Source: the human T2T-CHM13v2.0 reference genome, Homo sapiens
DNA: 64,000 bases
Assembly (NCBI RefSeq): GCF_009914755.1
Contig: NC_060940.1
Direction: 5' to 3' (one strand)
The notes beneath the pieces are model-generated. The model saw nothing but the letters and a program-made list of their open reading frames with translations, made no database searches and had not been told where the DNA came from. How positions within the stretch are numbered: position 1 is the first letter of the stretch; each line of letters starts with the position of its first letter. A program made the translations under genes and the position numbers. Shown here one piece after another: positions 61,351 through 64,000 of this stretch.

Positions 61351-62251
61351 AGCAAACAACAAATTCATCAAATGTAATAAATAAAACATATACTTTGGAT
61401 TTTTCCATGTGCTTAGCTTTTCTTAGAGCATCTTTTAGAATTATTGTTTCACAAAAAAACACTTTGGGAAATGTTTTAATTTATTAACAAATACTAGGGC
61501 TAGGAAGAGAGCTTAAAACTTTTTAAAATATACAGAATGAATTACAGATACGTGAAAGAAAAAAAAAAAAAAAGATTGCTGACTCCTGTCATGGAAGGCC
61601 CTATCATATGGACATTCTTAGCCTCAGCATCCGGAGGTCCAGAAAGGGACAATTTCGAGTCAGAGAGAATTCTATATATACCATTTATTTGGAACCTTCA
61701 GCCCTTAAGATTCCAACATCATGACCTCAGTTTCAACACAATTGTCCTTAGACCTTGTATTGCATACAAATACAAAACAAACACCTCGACTGAACTAACT
61801 CTTGTCTCTCCAAAAACACAAACACAAGACCTCATAAAATGAGTGCGTTTCTATTGGCCATAATTACTGCAACTTACTTCTCCAACTTTCCCCTGCACAG
61901 TTAACTAAACAGCTCAAAAACTATCAGTAACAAATAACAGTCACCATCATATGGTTAGGAGTGTGGCAGATTTCTTAACCAGTAATAAAAAAATAGGAAA
62001 AAAATTTTGCCTATTCATAGATCTCAAGTTTCGTGCACTTGCAAGAAACTAATTAAAAGGCAGCCGTGCACGATCTACAAAAACAGCCATAAAGACTGTT
62101 ACATTTTAAGTTACAGGAAACAAACCTGCTCCTCTACTATAGCAAGAAACAACTGACTTCCCCTTACATACCCTAAAAAAAAAAAGACTTACACGAGAAA
62201 TTTAAACATGGAAGCAGAAATACACCAAGAAAGAGACATGTCAAACCCCAC

Positions 62252-62354
62252 CTGTATATCTGTTTTCAACCATTTGGAGTCAAGGCGAGCCTGGGCAGCC
62301 AAACACAAATATTCAGAGGGCATCTTTTCTCCAGCTTCCTCCCAGTTCTCAGGC
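62252..62354 (-). pseudogene. HERC2P exon 2 (contains native ATG at 62323)
   Basis: ttgcag|GCCTGAG...AAGATGCCCTCTGAATATTTG...ATACAG|gtgggg; encodes MPSEYLCLAAQARLDSKWLKTDIQ. Confidence 0.92.
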
Positions 62355-62596
62355 CTGCAAGTAAACATACATGTTGAAGACCTAACGCTTTTTAATATTT
62401 TACAAAGACACTCCCGAAAAGTTTAATGCAGAAAAAAAAGAACAGAAAGATGGGAGAGAAGAGCTCGGGGAAGGGAATGAAGAGGAAAGAGAGATAGAGG
62501 GAAGAGATGGAGGGAGAGGGAGGTGGGGAAGGGAAAGCCTCCTTCCTAGATAGGCAAGGTATGCCGGGTTTCTGCACCACGCTGGCGAGACCTTGA

Positions 62597-62991
<395 letters not shown>

Positions 62992-63139
62992 AGGAAGCCC
63001 ATCGTTTGAACGACAAATGACAGCAGCGTGAATCTGCCGCTTTACCCAACAGCAGGGCGCCTGCATGAAACAAATTACTCAAAAGGCTCACCTGCAGAAA
63101 AACCCACAGCCACCACCACTTAGAGATAGAGAGAGGCAG

Positions 63140-63610
63140 GGGGCTGCGCCGCGGGCGGTCCGCGCAGCAACCCCCCCCCCCGCCCCCCCACCCCTTGTGC
63201 CTCCCGCCAACCCCGCACCGCCTCCGACGCCGGACGCCCCGGTGCCCCAGGCCAGGACCTGAGGCGCAGGGCCCGGCCTCCTCGCCCCGCAGGCGTGCGC
63301 ACACAGCCTCCCAGCAGCCGCTGGCTCAGCCGGCGCCCGCGATCCCGACGCCTCTCGCTACCCGAGGGGCGTGCCCGCGCGGGACTGCCGCCCCCTCCAC
63401 CGACCCGCGCTTACCGCCAATCGCAAGGCGGCTCTGCGGGCGCAGCCAATGGGGAAGAGGAGCCCTTCCCTGCTCCTCCTGACTCTCCCGCTTCCCGCAA
63501 TCCCGTTTATCTTCCTACTTGGAGCTCACCCACTGCAGCCAGGGCCAACCGCCGGCGCCGGAAGGCGGGATTTCCGCGGCACGCACGCACGCCCGCACTC
63601 CCACGGGAGT
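63140..63610 (-). promoter_or_regulatory. CpG-island promoter of the HERC2 copy
   Basis: Very GC- and CpG-rich. Two CCAAT boxes (63417-63421, 63446-63450), an ETS-like CCGGAAG (63558-63564) and GC-rich motifs lie just upstream of exon 1. Confidence 0.85.
63259..63360 (-). pseudogene. HERC2P exon 1 (non-coding; 5' end approximate)
   Basis: Minus strand GCCGGCTGAGCCAGCGGC...GGGCCCTGCGCCTCAG|GTCCTG resembles the HERC2 5'UTR; GT donor at 63258-63257. Confidence 0.7.
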
Positions 63611-63715
63611 CAGTTTCTCACCAGCTGAATTATTTGAATTTAGCACCACTAAAAGTGGAGCAATCAGGTACGGAGTGCCTCCAGAGCTGATGTAGCAGAA
63701 ATCACTGACACCATC

Positions 63716-63988
63716 TTTTTTTTTTTTTTTTTTTTTGAGACAGTCTCATTGCGTCGCGGAGGCTGGACTGCAGTGGCATGATATCAGCTCACTGCAACCT
63801 CCACCTCCCGGGTTTAGGTGCCTCAGCTTTCCGAGTAGCTGGGATTACAGGCATCTGCCACCCACCCGGCTAATTTTTGTATTTTCAGTAGGAACGGAGT
63901 TTCATCACAAACTGCTGACCTCTGGTGATCCGCCCGCCTCAGCCTACCAAAGTTCTGGGATTACAGGTGTGAGCCGCCGTGCCCGGCC
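63716..63988 (-). mobile_element. Alu with internal deletions
   Basis: Poly-T followed by antisense Alu. Confidence 0.88.
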
Positions 63989-64000
63989 TATTTCAGATAT

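Overview
Primate (almost certainly human) genomic DNA from a segmental duplication, in two parts. (1) About 29.0-63.6 kb, minus strand: an unprocessed, partial HERC2 pseudogene (HERC2P family; the exact paralogue cannot be fixed without alignment). It has a CpG-island promoter, non-coding exon 1, and exons matching HERC2 exons 2, 4, 8-10 and 24-42. Exon numbers and the HERC2 protein comparison come from my recollection of the HERC2 sequence, anchored on the known exon-40 62-bp VNTR. Exons 3, 5-7, 11-23 and everything after 42 are missing. (2) About 1-26.6 kb: AT-rich, repeat-dominated sequence with no recognisable gene. The two parts meet at a 5'-truncated young L1 (L1PA2-like, open 704-aa ORF2 fragment) fused to a short Alu stub. 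The main observation is that all stops and frameshifts fall in exons 4-33, while hand-splicing exons 33(ATG)-42 gives an uninterrupted 597-aa ORF containing the MIB/HERC2 domain, followed by a plausible new poly(A) site against the antisense L1 tail. Three tandem repeats each multiply a different splice signal (donor, branch point, acceptor). I found no CRISPR array, RNA gene or intact canonical protein-coding gene. I cannot claim a new biological system; the best candidate is a possibly protein-coding truncated HERC2 paralogue.
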